Of a stretch of DNA of 64,000 nt, positions 10,773 through 22,010 are shown piece after piece (position 1 is the stretch's first letter; each line of letters opens with the position of its first letter). Under the pieces are notes generated by a model, which saw only the letters and a list, made by a program, of their open reading frames with translations, had not been told where the DNA came from and searched no databases. The stretch comes from Candidatus Hermodarchaeota archaeon. Its GTDB lineage: Archaea; Asgardarchaeota; Hermodarchaeia; Hermodarchaeales; Hermodarchaeaceae. The position numbers were made by a program, and so were the translations under genes. The stretch is taken from NCBI GenBank assembly GCA_016839365.1, contig JAEOUH010000047.1:18152-82151 (forward strand), read 5' to 3'.

Positions 10773-11226
10773 CTCGTGAGGTAGCACTTTCAGCCAATGC
10801 CACTTGAACGGCAGTGACATTTGGGAAATCAGAGGACAGGTTGACAATCAACTTCTGGCATAAAAAGCGGGCGAGCTCTTCAGCAGTTGTTTCGACAACG
10901 TCAATGACCTTTACATCCTTAGCGGGAAATGAGTATTTACCGTTGGGCGTGGTAACTTCGATTTGCTGGGCCTTTTTAGTGGTTCTGATTAATTTCGATT
11001 GGGCAGGAAGTAGGACAAAGTGATCCCACTGTTTGCAAAGTTGTTGTATGCGCTTTTTGAGTATGCGAAAATCCACAACCATCCCATATGAATCGATTTC
11101 ACCCCAAATAGTGACAGTGACATGGTAATTATGCCCGTGAAGTTGCTCACAGGCTCCCCCTTCGCTAACGAAGTGGGCTGCAGCAAAATCGATTCCTGAA
11201 ACCTCTACCGAAACCTGACTGGTCAT
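10750..11226 (-). CDS. queD: 6-carboxytetrahydropterin synthase (PTPS family)
   Basis: FAAAH...CEQLHGHNY...MVVDF...WDH...TTAEELA motifs. Confidence 0.9.
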   Translation of the reverse strand: MTSQVSVEVSGIDFAAAHFVSEGGACEQLHGHNYHVTVTIWGEIDSYGMVVDFRILKKRIQQLCKQWDHFVLLPAQSKLIRTTKKAQQIEVTTPNGKYSFPAKDVKVIDVVETTAEELARFLCQKLIVNLSSDFPNVTAVQVALAESATSRATVLLSV

Positions 11227-11313
11227 AGTGAGTACCCCCTTCAATAGAGTATGTTCGTGTAGAAAAAGTATGGGAAAAAGAGAGGAAAGGCGCCCGCCAA
11301 GGCGGACGCGGGG

Positions 11314-12978
11314 TTACATCATACCGGGCATTCCGCCCATACCGCCCATGCCACCCATACCAGGAGGCATCCCACCGGGTCCACCAGGGGGACCAGCACT
11401 CCGCTTAGATGCAATGACATCATCAATTCGTAGAATTAGTGATGCGGCTTCAGCAGCTGATCGAATGGCATGTGTTTTCACACGAAGTGGTTCGAGTACA
11501 CCGGCTTTGAACATATCTTTGGCTTTCCCTGTCATGATATCGATACCCATGTTTTTGTTGTTACTTCCGTGTGCAGCACGAAGTGCAACAATGACATCAA
11601 TGGGATCATGACCTGCATTTTCAGCAAGGGATTTGGGGATTATCTCCATCGCATCAGCGAATTTGTTGACGGCAATTTGTTCCCGGCCCTTGAGAGACGA
11701 AGCGTATTCTCGGAGTTGGGTTGAGACTTCCACTTCTGGGGCTCCACCACCGGCAACGACTTTGCCATCTTCAACGGCATCGCGAACGACAGAGACAGCG
11801 TCATGAAATGCGCGTTCAGCCTCATCAACAACACGTTCTGTGCCGCCACGAATGAGGACGCTCACTGTTTTAGGATCTTTACACCCTTCAACAAAGACCA
11901 TTTTGTCATCACCGACCTTCCGTTCTTCGACGATATCACAGCGGCCAAGGTCATTGGACGTGAGATGATCGATGGATGATACAACTTGTCCTCCCGTTGC
12001 ACGGGCAAGTGCTTCCATGTCACTTTTCTTAACACGACGAACGGCAAGAATGCCATCTTTAGCGAGATAGTGTTGAACTTTGTCATCGATGCCTTTCTGG
12101 GCAAAGACCACATTGGCACCAACTTCAATCACCTTTTCTGAGATCTTTTTCAGCATTCGTTGCTCTTCGTTCAGAAAGGATTGCATTTGTTCGGGGTTGG
12201 TGATTCGAATTTCAGCATCCATCTCCGTTTTCTCAACTTCCATGGAGGCGTTGAGCAGCGCGATTTTCGCTTTGTGTACACTACGCGGCATTTCAGAATG
12301 CACTATTTCTTTGTCGATAATGACTCCGCGAACTAATTGAGTGTCGCGAACTGATCCGCCTTCCTTCTTTTCGACTTTAATGTTATCAATGTCGGCCACA
12401 ATTCCATCAGGTGTTTTTTCGGTTATTTGTAGCACGGCATCAACCGCAATGGGAGATAGGAAGTCTTTAGCTTCGGCAATCAGCTTGCTAGCTATAGAGG
12501 TGTCGCTGACTTTCAAAAGTTTTGCACGGTCATCAATAGGGCAGTCAATAGCCATGTTGTTGAGAATTTCACTAGCCTTGTCTACGGCTTTTCGATAACC
12601 TGAGATAATGACAGTTGGATGGACGCCTGATGTGATTAGTCCCAGTGCTTGTTTGAGATATTCACCGCACAGGACCACTGCTGAGGTGGTGCCATCACCC
12701 GTCTCAGAGTCTTGGGCTTTGGCTACTTGAACAAGCATCTTGGCAGCAGGATGCTGAACTTCAATCTCATCAAGGATAGTCGCACCATCATTTGTGATGG
12801 TGACATCACCAAGGCTATCCACCAGCATTTTATCTTGACCACGCGGACCCAGAGACGTGCGTACTGCATCAGCAAGTGCTCGTACTGCCATAATATTATT
12901 TTCGCGAGCGTCACGACCTCGGGCGCGTTCAGTTCCTTCTTTGAGTATTAATACCGGCACACCTTGCATTTGTGCCAT
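11314..12978 (-). CDS. ths: thermosome (group II chaperonin) subunit
   Basis: [29 protein letters not shown]-terminal GGM repeats. Confidence 0.97.
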   Translation of the reverse strand: MAQMQGVPVLILKEGTERARGRDARENNIMAVRALADAVRTSLGPRGQDKMLVDSLGDVTITNDGATILDEIEVQHPAAKMLVQVAKAQDSETGDGTTSAVVLCGEYLKQALGLITSGVHPTVIISGYRKAVDKASEILNNMAIDCPIDDRAKLLKVSDTSIASKLIAEAKDFLSPIAVDAVLQITEKTPDGIVADIDNIKVEKKEGGSVRDTQLVRGVIIDKEIVHSEMPRSVHKAKIALLNASMEVEKTEMDAEIRITNPEQMQSFLNEEQRMLKKISEKVIEVGANVVFAQKGIDDKVQHYLAKDGILAVRRVKKSDMEALARATGGQVVSSIDHLTSNDLGRCDIVEERKVGDDKMVFVEGCKDPKTVSVLIRGGTERVVDEAERAFHDAVSVVRDAVEDGKVVAGGGAPEVEVSTQLREYASSLKGREQIAVNKFADAMEIIPKSLAENAGHDPIDVIVALRAAHGSNNKNMGIDIMTGKAKDMFKAGVLEPLRVKTHAIRSAAEAASLILRIDDVIASKRSAGPPGGPGGMPPGMGGMGGMGGMPGMM

Positions 12979-13097
12979 GATAGTGTTCCTCCTTCATATT
13001 TAGTGGTTTTTTAAATAGGATGAACTTGGTCGGCAATCTTTGCACTGACATAAAAAGATTACGCCGTTTCTGGTTGCGCTGCTGATTGAGAAAGAAC

Positions 13098-13697
13098 CTA
13101 CATTTCTGTTAGGGGAGTGTAATCCCAACGTGTAAAGATTGTCTTCAAGAGCCGTACAATGCCACGAGAGAGGAAGATCGTCTCCATGAGAAACGCCATG
13201 AAGAGAATCTCGATCCAAGCCTTCCCCACTATGCCTAGTGCGATGATGAGGACGAACTCAGCAGGAATGGGTGTCATAACTGGAACGATGAACAAGAAAA
13301 GCCAGATAGTGAAGAGGCACTCGGGTACATATCCGAGGACTACAGAAAGGAAAGGCCGTTTCAGGGTTCGCTGTACAAACCCACTTGTGAAACCTGCCAT
13401 GGCTTTTCCTGCTGGAAGGCCGATGAGCCCCACTATGCCTAAAGAACCCCAGATATAGCCAAAGGCAATTCCTGGGTAAATCCCCACAATTGCACCGGTT
13501 ATTGCGCCTAAGATTGCTCCACCCGGTATTGCTACCATGAAGGTTCCAAGGTGACTTAGATCCAGAGAGATTTGGGTAGCACCAAGTTGAACTGTGTTGA
13601 TTGTAAGAATCGATACAGCTGTGCCTAATGCGGCCATCACAGCAACATAAACGATGATTTTCGTGCTAAAGCGCCGTTTTACGTTCTCGTCCGACAA
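13098..13697 (-). CDS. ECF transporter S component-like membrane protein
   Basis: STKIIVYVAVMAALG start and about 6 TM helices; TTG start chosen from GGAGG RBS. Confidence 0.7.
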   Translation of the reverse strand: MSDENVKRRFSTKIIVYVAVMAALGTAVSILTINTVQLGATQISLDLSHLGTFMVAIPGGAILGAITGAIVGIYPGIAFGYIWGSLGIVGLIGLPAGKAMAGFTSGFVQRTLKRPFLSVVLGYVPECLFTIWLFLFIVPVMTPIPAEFVLIIALGIVGKAWIEILFMAFLMETIFLSRGIVRLLKTIFTRWDYTPLTEM

Positions 13698-13837
13698 AGT
13701 GGAACCTCCTTCGGAGTTGGCGCATTGAAGGTTCCTCATATATAAGAGTAGCTACTCGTTATTGAGTTGAAGCCTATCATAGTTGTGGAGAAAGTTATTT
13801 CTGAGTCGGGTCAACGAACAGTGGTGAGGTTTGTTCA

Positions 13838-15247
13838 GTGTCGAAGTTCCGCCATTCCTTCCTGCCCACGGTGGGTGTACAAGAAAAAGAGATGCTTACT
13901 ACCCTTGGCATCAAAGATATCGATGAATTGTTCAGTGACATTCCTTCAAAATTTCTGTTAAAAAAGCGCTTGAAGATTCCAAATGGTCTATCCGAAAGTG
14001 AAGTTTGTGAGAGGGTTTCTCGTTCGCTTGCGCAAAACTGGATTCCTAGAAAAGGAATGAGTTTCTTAGGAGGCGGCGTTTGGCCACATATTATCCCTGA
14101 AGCGATCAAAAGTATCGTCAATCGCACGGAATTTCTAACAGCATACACGCCCTATCAGGCAGAAATTAGTCAGGGCATGTTGCAGGCGCTATTTGAGTAT
14201 CAGAGTCTGATGGCGGAGTTAATTGAACTCCCAATTGTTAACGCCTCGATGTACGATTGGGCAAGTGCGTTGGGAGAAGCAGCCCTTTTAACCAGTCGGA
14301 TTACTACCCGAGATTCTTTTTTAATTCCTCACCTCATTTCACCGGGTCGCCGAGCAGTTTTGCACACCTATACCCAGCCTGCAGGGGTCAAGGTTGTTGA
14401 TATTGGTTATAATCGCCGTACGGGACAATTGAATGTTGAGCACCTAAAAGAGCTGCTCGATACGAACACTGCAGGTGTCTATTTCGAAAACCCAGGATAT
14501 ATGGGAGTTCTCCAAGATGATGTCGACGCTATTGTGGATATTGGGCATGATGCTGGGGCACTTGTTGTTGTAGGTATCGATCCTATTTCCCTTGGAGTAA
14601 TTCGGCCTCCCGGAGATTATGATGCTGATATTGTCATAGGTGAGGGGCAACCCTTGGGTAGTCCAATGAATATGGGTGGACCACTCCTAGGGATTTTTGC
14701 CAGTAAAGATGAAAGAAAAATCTTACGTCAGTTGCCTGGTCGAATCATTGGTTTGACATCAACACAAGAAGGGGATGAAAGGGGTTTTGTAATGACGATT
14801 CAGGCCCGAGAGCAGCATATTCGTCGGGAGAAAGCAACATCGAACATTTGCTCAAATCAGGCTCACTCAGCAATCACCGCCGCAGTGTACTTGTCTCTAT
14901 TAGGACCCCAAGGCATAACCGAGTTGGGAGAGAAAATCCTCCAACTACGCCACTATGCGGAAGAGCAACTTCATGCTGTCGATGGACTCAAAGCCCCCTT
15001 ATTCGAAGCCCCCCATTTCAAAGAATTTGGCGTTTCAATAGAGAAGGGACAAGAATCAACACCACCAACGATACGAGATGTACTTGCCAGAATCCAGGAA
15101 TGTGGAATTTTAGCAGGCATTCCATTGGATCAGAGTTTCCCTGAACTAGGGGAAGCTGCACTTGTCTGTGTTACAGAAACCCATACACAAGAGGAGATAG
15201 ACCAACTTTCGGTAGCATTTCAACAGGCTTTGGAGGGTAAACCATGA
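13838..15247 (+). CDS. gcvPA: glycine cleavage system P protein subunit 1
   Basis: EFLTAYTPYQAEISQG, NASMYD, REQHIRREKATSNICSNQ. Confidence 0.95.
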   Translation: MSKFRHSFLPTVGVQEKEMLTTLGIKDIDELFSDIPSKFLLKKRLKIPNGLSESEVCERVSRSLAQNWIPRKGMSFLGGGVWPHIIPEAIKSIVNRTEFLTAYTPYQAEISQGMLQALFEYQSLMAELIELPIVNASMYDWASALGEAALLTSRITTRDSFLIPHLISPGRRAVLHTYTQPAGVKVVDIGYNRRTGQLNVEHLKELLDTNTAGVYFENPGYMGVLQDDVDAIVDIGHDAGALVVVGIDPISLGVIRPPGDYDADIVIGEGQPLGSPMNMGGPLLGIFASKDERKILRQLPGRIIGLTSTQEGDERGFVMTIQAREQHIRREKATSNICSNQAHSAITAAVYLSLLGPQGITELGEKILQLRHYAEEQLHAVDGLKAPLFEAPHFKEFGVSIEKGQESTPPTIRDVLARIQECGILAGIPLDQSFPELGEAALVCVTETHTQEEIDQLSVAFQQALEGKP

Positions 15248-16773
15248 AGTTTCGCCAAGCAAAATGGAATGAGCCTTTGATTTTTGAACGATCTCGAGTA
15301 GGGGCGATAGGCTATTCCCTACCCGACCCTAGCAAGACCATAAAAAAACTGCTGCCTAATCCACTTTCAACCATTCCCAAGAACCTCCGCCGCAAAGTAC
15401 AACCTTCTTTGCCTGAATTATCAGAACCAGAAGTAGTTCAACACTTCACCCGTTTATCTCAGATGAACTACAGCATCGATTTGGGTCTTTACCCATTGGG
15501 TAGCTGCACGATGAAGTATAATCCACCCATGAATGAGGAGATTATAAAGGACCCTAATTTTGCTCAGGCTCACCCCCACCAAGATTGTACAACCCTTCAG
15601 GGTATTCTCAAAATCCTTTTCGAGTTACAGCAGTGGCTTTCAGAAATAACTGGAATGGATCAGCATTCGCTCCAGCCGGCAGCGGGTGCGCAGGGAGAAC
15701 TGGCCGGTGTTCTTATCATCCGTGCCTTTCATGTAGATCAGGGCGAACTAGAGATCCGACGACAAATTATTGTTCCCGATTCTGCCCATGGTACCAATCC
15801 TGCAAGTGCCGCGATGGCAGGATTTGATGTTGTCGTAGTCCCATCAAACAAACTCGGTCAAATTGATATCCAAGCCCTAGAAAGTGCCGTTTCGAATCAA
15901 ACCGCAGGTCTAATGTTGACGAACCCGAATACTTTGGGCCTGTTTGAACAAGAAATCGAAACCATCGCTTCCATCGTTCACAAGGCAGGGGGCTTGCTCT
16001 ATTACGATGGCGCGAACTTAAACGCAAATTTGGGTCGTGTTCGACCAGGGGATATGGGTTTTGATATAATCCACACAAATTTGCACAAAACATTCGCAAC
16101 GCCACACGGGGGGGGAGGACCAGGTGCAGGACCTGTCGGCGTGAAGCAACGACTCGCAGAGTACCTACCAGTGCCTGTGATTTCATTCGACGGGACACAG
16201 TATTACACAGATAATGCCCGGCCAAAATCGATTGGGCGCCTCCACGGATTCCATGGTAATGCGGCTGTCTTGTTGAAATCCTATGCGTATATCATACGAA
16301 TGGGGTGGGAAGGATTGCATGCAGTTTCGAATCATGCGGTTTTGAACGCAAACTACCTTATGAAAAAGATCGAGAGTATCAAGGGTTTCAGCATTCCCTT
16401 CGCTCCTGGTGTCTGGAGAAAACACGAGGTTGTGGTTAGTGCAAAACCCCTTGAACGAGATACGGGAGTAAACGCTCGAGACGTAGCAAAAGCTTTACTC
16501 GACAGGGGATTACATGCGCCTACTTTCTATTTTCCAGCCATTGTTGAGGAGGCATTAATGATCGAACCCACAGAGACCTTCAGTAAGGCAGAACTTGACA
16601 GATTTATTAAAGCACTAACAGAAATTGCAGAACAAGCCTACTCCGACCCCAACCTCGTTCGCCGTGCACCGCAGAACACGGCAATTACTCGACTCGATGA
16701 GGTTAAGGCAGCACATCCACGCACCATGACCCTATCTTGGCGGATGTTACAACAACGCGATCAGGAAATCTAA
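15244..16773 (+). CDS. gcvPB: glycine cleavage system P protein subunit 2
   Basis: YPLGSCTMKYNP, QPAAGAQGE, NLHKTFATPHGGGGPG. Confidence 0.95.
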   Translation: MKFRQAKWNEPLIFERSRVGAIGYSLPDPSKTIKKLLPNPLSTIPKNLRRKVQPSLPELSEPEVVQHFTRLSQMNYSIDLGLYPLGSCTMKYNPPMNEEIIKDPNFAQAHPHQDCTTLQGILKILFELQQWLSEITGMDQHSLQPAAGAQGELAGVLIIRAFHVDQGELEIRRQIIVPDSAHGTNPASAAMAGFDVVVVPSNKLGQIDIQALESAVSNQTAGLMLTNPNTLGLFEQEIETIASIVHKAGGLLYYDGANLNANLGRVRPGDMGFDIIHTNLHKTFATPHGGGGPGAGPVGVKQRLAEYLPVPVISFDGTQYYTDNARPKSIGRLHGFHGNAAVLLKSYAYIIRMGWEGLHAVSNHAVLNANYLMKKIESIKGFSIPFAPGVWRKHEVVVSAKPLERDTGVNARDVAKALLDRGLHAPTFYFPAIVEEALMIEPTETFSKAELDRFIKALTEIAEQAYSDPNLVRRAPQNTAITRLDEVKAAHPRTMTLSWRMLQQRDQEI

Positions 16774-16815
16774 CTTAGACTAATTGAAATGCAAGCTTAT
16801 TCACTCGTATGGTTT

Positions 16816-17547
16816 CTATCCACGCTTCTTTAGGCCTGACCGCTTGGGTGCAATGAGCCCAACTTTCCGGCCTGGAGGAGCAGTACGCGCAACTGAGCTT
16901 GGGCCCCCGGGCCTTTGCTTGTTACCACCACCGTGTGGGTGGCTGGCTGCATTCATTGCAACACCCCTGACCTTCGGATATGTTAAACCTTTAGCGTAAC
17001 GCTGTTTGTGTTTGCTTCCGGCTTTCAGAAACGGTTTCTCAGGTCGTCCACCACCGGATACAACGCCAATTGTAGCCCGTGCTGTGGAGCTGAAGGTTCG
17101 AGTCTTTCCAGATGGTAAGCGAATCGAGGTGCTTCCTCCAGAATGTGTGATTATGGTGGCATAGGTGCCACTAGATCGAACGAATTTTCCCCCGTCACCA
17201 GGTTGACTTTCGATATTGAAGACAGGTGTACCTTCTGGGATTTTTCCAATAGGTAGAATATGCCCTGCACGAATGCCGGCCTTGGGACCTATTCGTATTT
17301 GCTCTCCAACAGCGGTTCCTTCTGGTACAAGGGAAAGATGAGTTTCACCATTTTCATATCGAAGTGTGGCGATGGGAGCTCCACGACCGGGATCATGCAT
17401 TAGTTCTTCAACATCGGCTTGAAGATAACCACGCTTGTCCATCAAAGCCAGTGGAGGATACTTGACCGCCCCGCGTCGACGGTGCGTTTTTGCACGAAAT
17501 GTCGGTGATCCGCGCCCGCGACGTTGTACATAGATTCGTTTACCCAT
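16816..17547 (-). CDS. rpl2: 50S ribosomal protein uL2
   Basis: MGKRIYVQRRGRG, HDPGRGAP, VRGVAMNAASHPHGGG. Confidence 0.97.
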   Translation of the reverse strand: MGKRIYVQRRGRGSPTFRAKTHRRRGAVKYPPLALMDKRGYLQADVEELMHDPGRGAPIATLRYENGETHLSLVPEGTAVGEQIRIGPKAGIRAGHILPIGKIPEGTPVFNIESQPGDGGKFVRSSGTYATIITHSGGSTSIRLPSGKTRTFSSTARATIGVVSGGGRPEKPFLKAGSKHKQRYAKGLTYPKVRGVAMNAASHPHGGGNKQRPGGPSSVARTAPPGRKVGLIAPKRSGLKKRG

Positions 17548-17563
17548 TCTTATCTACCTCTGA

Positions 17564-17824
17564 TTAGAATAATCCTAGTTTGACTGCTAAGTCAGCTGCA
17601 TTGTATTCAGGGGCAAGTTTTACGAGAGCCTTCTTTGTACCCTCGGGAGTAATCATAGTGTTAACCTTGATAACCTTCACTTCATAGAGTAGTTCAATGG
17701 CTTCACGAATTTGTCCCTTTGTGGCTTTTCGGTTCACCATGAAGGTGAGACGGTTTTCTTTTTCGACAATCTCTGAAGCCCGCTCAGTAATCATCATCCG
17801 GATTATCACATCATAAGGATCCAT
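17564..17824 (-). CDS. rpl23: 50S ribosomal protein uL23
   Basis: ENRLTFMV...KVNT...KKALVKL; operon position. Confidence 0.95.
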   Translation of the reverse strand: MDPYDVIIRMMITERASEIVEKENRLTFMVNRKATKGQIREAIELLYEVKVIKVNTMITPEGTKKALVKLAPEYNAADLAVKLGLF

Positions 17825-18615
17825 TACTGATCACCCTCGGCTGGTTGTTCCGCAAGAGCTTCAATTGCTGATTTCGTCCAGATTGTCAAGCGTCCTGGTT
17901 GTGTTCCCGGCGCTAAAACCTCGGCGTTAAGCTTTGAAGCATAGATAACCCTAACCCCTGGAATATTTCGTGCAGCCTGACGTATTCCCCCGTCCTGGGT
18001 GATGACAATCAATGGACCCACCGGTCTTCGGTACTTTCGACCGCGGCGTCGGGCGTTTCCTGCCCGGATCTTTCGCCCGTTTTTCACTCGGATAATATCG
18101 CTCCAAACACCGAGATTTTCCAAGACATCTTTGACTTCCTCTGTTGTTTGCAACTCTTGGAACTTATCAATGATGACCAGTGGAAATTGGTCAGCTTCAA
18201 AGACATGACCACGTAATGACACAAGTTCCGGATTAGTTGTTGCAGCAATGGCTGAACGAATGGCTAACCGACGTTCTTTTTTGTTAATCCGTTCTACAGG
18301 ATTCTTTGCGGCCTCTGGAGGATGGGTTTTCCGCCCACTAACTGTGAATGGAGCAAAAGCAGCATTTGAAGCAGTGGGGTAACCCTGTCCCTTTCTACGG
18401 GGTACCCTTGCTTTACCTTGTCCTGTTCCCCAAGATTCTGCGGAGGTCCGTTTGCCAGCGAGGGGATCGACGCCTTGCCTTTGATACCGAGCGGATTGCT
18501 GGGCAAGGACGGCGCGCTTGATGACATCTTTTCGAAGTGGAGTGTCAAATACTGGAGGAAGGGCGACTGTTCCCCGCGATTTTCCTTCTAATGTATGAAT
18601 CTTAACTGAAGCCAT
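17824..18615 (-). CDS. rpl4: 50S ribosomal protein uL4
   Basis: TSAESWGTG, INKKERRLAIRSAIAAT, LAPGTQPGRLTIWT. Confidence 0.96.
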   Translation of the reverse strand: MASVKIHTLEGKSRGTVALPPVFDTPLRKDVIKRAVLAQQSARYQRQGVDPLAGKRTSAESWGTGQGKARVPRRKGQGYPTASNAAFAPFTVSGRKTHPPEAAKNPVERINKKERRLAIRSAIAATTNPELVSLRGHVFEADQFPLVIIDKFQELQTTEEVKDVLENLGVWSDIIRVKNGRKIRAGNARRRGRKYRRPVGPLIVITQDGGIRQAARNIPGVRVIYASKLNAEVLAPGTQPGRLTIWTKSAIEALAEQPAEGDQ

Positions 18616-18628
18616 GATGAATCCTCCA

Positions 18629-19630
18629 TTATTTCTTCGCGGTTGTACTGATATATACGATTTCAGGGGGTTTATCTGGAATCGGTTTTGACCGACTCGG
18701 TACTCGGAGACGAATCAATCTTCGAGATGGTCCAGGTAGGGATCCGTCGATTAGAAGGAAATCGGATAGAAGGTTACCATAATGTGGAAACCCACCGGAT
18801 GGCGTAATATCATCACTCTTTTCGCCGATTCGTAATAATCGCTTATTATATTCGGTTCGTTGATGAAGCCCCATTTGACCCGCTCGGGGTACTGTGTACA
18901 TAATTCGGCTCGGATGCCATGGACCTAGGGTACCAACTGCGCGAACTGCTTTACGTGATTTGTGTGGCAGTTTAGCAACGTTAAAGCGTTTAACCACGCC
19001 TTGGAATCCTTTTCCTTTCGTAACAGCAATGACATCGAGGAACTGACCCGGTTGGAAGATATCCCGTACGCGTATCTCTTTTCCGAGGAGGGGTTTTACG
19101 TAATCAAATTGGTCTTTGATTGAACCGCCATAGATGCCACATTCAATGACCTCGGGTTTCTTCTTACCAATTCCTGCCTGCTTGGGCTGGGTCAAAAGAG
19201 AGACACGCAATTCTGTGATTTCATCTAAGGATTTGGATAGTTTATCCATGGATGTTTTGCCTTCATAGTCTTTGGGCCAAGGTAATACGCGCCGTATATC
19301 ACGTGGAAGTTTGTCCATCCAGGTTTCACTTAAAACCCGAAAACCACCGCCATTTTGACCGTAGCCCCGGATTGACGCAACAAGCATCGGTGGTGTATCG
19401 ACAATTGTGACCGCGCGACTAACTTCTCGACCAAACCAGGGGCTGGTTGGTTTATTATCGATTAGAATCACATGTGTCATCCCCACTTTATATCCTGCAA
19501 AGCCAAGGATTTGGGGTTCCGCTGCCTGTTCGGGCCAATGGCGAACCCGTCCACTAACCCGACGCACACGCTTTCGGGGACGATGGGAAAGGCTACCATG
19601 TCTTGGGGCACTTTGTTTTCGATGACCCAT
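18629..19630 (-). CDS. rpl3: 50S ribosomal protein uL3
   Basis: PRHGSL, GFAGYKVGMTH, TKGKGFQGVVKR, AGQMGLHQRTEYNKR. Confidence 0.97.
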   Translation of the reverse strand: MGHRKQSAPRHGSLSHRPRKRVRRVSGRVRHWPEQAAEPQILGFAGYKVGMTHVILIDNKPTSPWFGREVSRAVTIVDTPPMLVASIRGYGQNGGGFRVLSETWMDKLPRDIRRVLPWPKDYEGKTSMDKLSKSLDEITELRVSLLTQPKQAGIGKKKPEVIECGIYGGSIKDQFDYVKPLLGKEIRVRDIFQPGQFLDVIAVTKGKGFQGVVKRFNVAKLPHKSRKAVRAVGTLGPWHPSRIMYTVPRAGQMGLHQRTEYNKRLLRIGEKSDDITPSGGFPHYGNLLSDFLLIDGSLPGPSRRLIRLRVPSRSKPIPDKPPEIVYISTTAKK

Positions 19631-19871
19631 GGATTCCACTTCTAAGGGAAGTAATCAGGGGAGGCAAGTTCTGTTACGAATAAGATGTTGCCTCCACCAG
19701 CTCAACGGCTCGGAAGCGGGTGGAGCGATTTAAGTCTTTCGTACTCCTAACCCATCGAACCATTACACAAGTTCAAAAAAGATAGTAGGAGTTCCGGTTT
19801 CCATCCACCGCTATTTCTATAAACCACGACTTCTATCCTACTGGAAGGAAAACCAAGGAATTGTGCATAAA

Positions 19872-19983
19872 GCCGGGATAGCCAAGTGGTTACGGCGCGG
19901 GCCTTGAGAGATGCCATGAAGTGTCATCCAAGGTAGCCTGTGACCCTACGGTCGCAAGGGTTCGAATCCCTTTCCCGGCGCCA
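19872..19983 (+). tRNA. tRNA-Ser(UGA) with 26-nt canonical (37/38) BHB intron 19909-19934
   Basis: GCCGGGA/TCCCGGC acceptor, long variable arm, TTCGAAT T-loop, encoded CCA; BHB central helix CTTG/CAAG. Confidence 0.93.
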
Positions 19984-20094
19984 TCCCACCCTATCATATT
20001 TGTCTCTTGCCCTTTTTGTTAGCGATGCAGCAAATCCGAATGTTAAAAAGTGAACAACCCTCTTGGTTTTCTGTGCTTCATCAGGTGATAATTC

Positions 20095-20517
20095 GTGGAA
20101 TACGAATACTCCGACGAAATCACATCCGACCAGCTGTTCCACGCCTATGGAACGACCCTACCGGAGGTTTTCCGAAACGCAGGAAAAGCGTTGTTCGGTG
20201 TCATGTCTGATCTAGAGGAAGTCAAGCTCGAACACGAAATCGAAGTGAAAGCTGAAGGTATTGATGAGCAACACCTACTCTATGATTGGTTGTCAAACCT
20301 GTTACTAGAATTTGAAGTCGAAGGTGTGTTTTTCGCGGATTTCTCCATCAATTTAATCGAAGAAAGGCCAGGTGAAGGATTTCACTTAGTAAGTATAGCA
20401 AAAGGAAACAAGAAAATACCAGAACTTCGAACCCACGTTAAAGGGGTGACGTTACACCGTTTCTCCCTTGAAAGAATTAATAACGGATACAGGGCTACCG
20501 TTGTAGTGGATGTTTAG
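20095..20517 (+). CDS. archease (RtcB cofactor)
   Basis: EYSDEITSD, LYDWLSNLL, VKGVTLH, C-terminal VVVDV; directly upstream of rtcB. Confidence 0.9.
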   Translation: MEYEYSDEITSDQLFHAYGTTLPEVFRNAGKALFGVMSDLEEVKLEHEIEVKAEGIDEQHLLYDWLSNLLLEFEVEGVFFADFSINLIEERPGEGFHLVSIAKGNKKIPELRTHVKGVTLHRFSLERINNGYRATVVVDV

Positions 20518-20546
20518 AATCACATATCATTAAGGGGTAATCAAGT

Positions 20547-21995
20547 ATGAAGGAAAAATTAAAGCAGCAAGACGAGTTTCGCTGGTGGCTTGACAAATCA
20601 GCGCGTCCTCGCATGAACGTCGGGGCAAAGATAATCGGTTCGAAAGAGATCATCAATACCTTAGAGGACGCAGCTGTTGAGCAACTAACCAACGTAGCAA
20701 CGCTTCCTGGTCCAATTGAACCGGTTCTGGCCATGCCTGACGCTCATTGGGGATATGGGCTTCCGATGGGAGCCGTTGGCGCTTTTGATGCTGAAGAGGG
20801 GATTATTTCCGCAGGGTGTACAGGTTTTGATATCAACTGTGGCGTCCGCCTCATTCGCACTAATCTTAGTGTTGAAGATGTCCAACCCAAGTTACAACAG
20901 CTAGTTGAGGAGCTATTTAATCGAGTTCCTGCGGGAGTCGGTTCTCAAGGTAAAATTCGATTAAGTGATAGTCAGTTTAGTGATGTTATTCGGTGGGGAG
21001 CTAAGTGGGCGATTGATAATGATCGGGGGGTACCAGCGGATTTAGCCCATTGTGAGGAAGGAGGTTATATGGAGGGAGCCGCCATGCAGGCACCTCAAGT
21101 TAGTGAAAAGGCACGACGTCGCGGACGTCCACAACTTGGTACGCTTGGAGCAGGAAACCATTATCTAGAGGTTCAGAAGGTTGAGAAAATTTTTGATGAA
21201 CCTGTTGCCAAAGTCTTTGGTCTGGAGAAAGGGCAAATAGTGGTGATGCTTCACTGTGGATCCCGTGGATTTGGCCATCAGATTGCAACCGATTATTTAG
21301 AGAGTATGGCTGTAGCAGTTAAGAAATATAACATATGGCTTCCAGATCAACAACTCGTCTGTGCACCTGCAAACTCTCCTGAAGGGCAGGACTATTATGC
21401 TGCGATGAAGGCAGCAGTGAATTTTGCCTTTTGTAACAGACAGGTTATGACCCATTGGATTCGACAAGGTTTTGAAGCGGTCTTTGGTCGAGATTGGGAA
21501 TCGCTGGGGATGCACCTTGTTTATGACGTGACGCATAATATCTGCAAGTTCGAAACCCATGAGGTGAATGGATTGAAACGCGACATGTATTTGCATCGGA
21601 AAGGTGCGACGCGCGCGTTCGGGCCAGGCAACCCCAAAATCCCTGAAGACTACCGATCAGTTGGTCAACCCGTCCTAATCGGTGGCTCAATGGGAACCGC
21701 ATCCTATGTTCTAGTTGGCACAGAACAGGCAATGAAAGAAACCTTTGGATCCACCTGTCATGGAGCAGGTCGAGCAATGTCTCGAAAAGCAGCGATTCGC
21801 AAGTATCATGGACGAGATATCAAAAACGCACTTGAAGCCAAAGGAAAAGTGGTTCGTTCCATGGGTACAAAGATACTAGCTGAAGAAGCGCCCAATGCCT
21901 ACAAAGATGTCCATGTTGTTGTAGACTCAGTCCATGGCGCGGATATCTCACGCAAGGTCGCAAGTCAGATACCATTGGGTGTTGTGAAAGGCTAG
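20547..21995 (+). CDS. rtcB: tRNA-splicing ligase RtcB
   Basis: MPDAHWGYG, GFDINCGVR, GTLGAGNHY, HRKGATRAF, STCHGAGR, AEEAPNAYK. Confidence 0.97.
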   Translation: MKEKLKQQDEFRWWLDKSARPRMNVGAKIIGSKEIINTLEDAAVEQLTNVATLPGPIEPVLAMPDAHWGYGLPMGAVGAFDAEEGIISAGCTGFDINCGVRLIRTNLSVEDVQPKLQQLVEELFNRVPAGVGSQGKIRLSDSQFSDVIRWGAKWAIDNDRGVPADLAHCEEGGYMEGAAMQAPQVSEKARRRGRPQLGTLGAGNHYLEVQKVEKIFDEPVAKVFGLEKGQIVVMLHCGSRGFGHQIATDYLESMAVAVKKYNIWLPDQQLVCAPANSPEGQDYYAAMKAAVNFAFCNRQVMTHWIRQGFEAVFGRDWESLGMHLVYDVTHNICKFETHEVNGLKRDMYLHRKGATRAFGPGNPKIPEDYRSVGQPVLIGGSMGTASYVLVGTEQAMKETFGSTCHGAGRAMSRKAAIRKYHGRDIKNALEAKGKVVRSMGTKILAEEAPNAYKDVHVVVDSVHGADISRKVASQIPLGVVKG

Positions 21996-22010
21996 GTTTG
22001 GTATTCAAGA

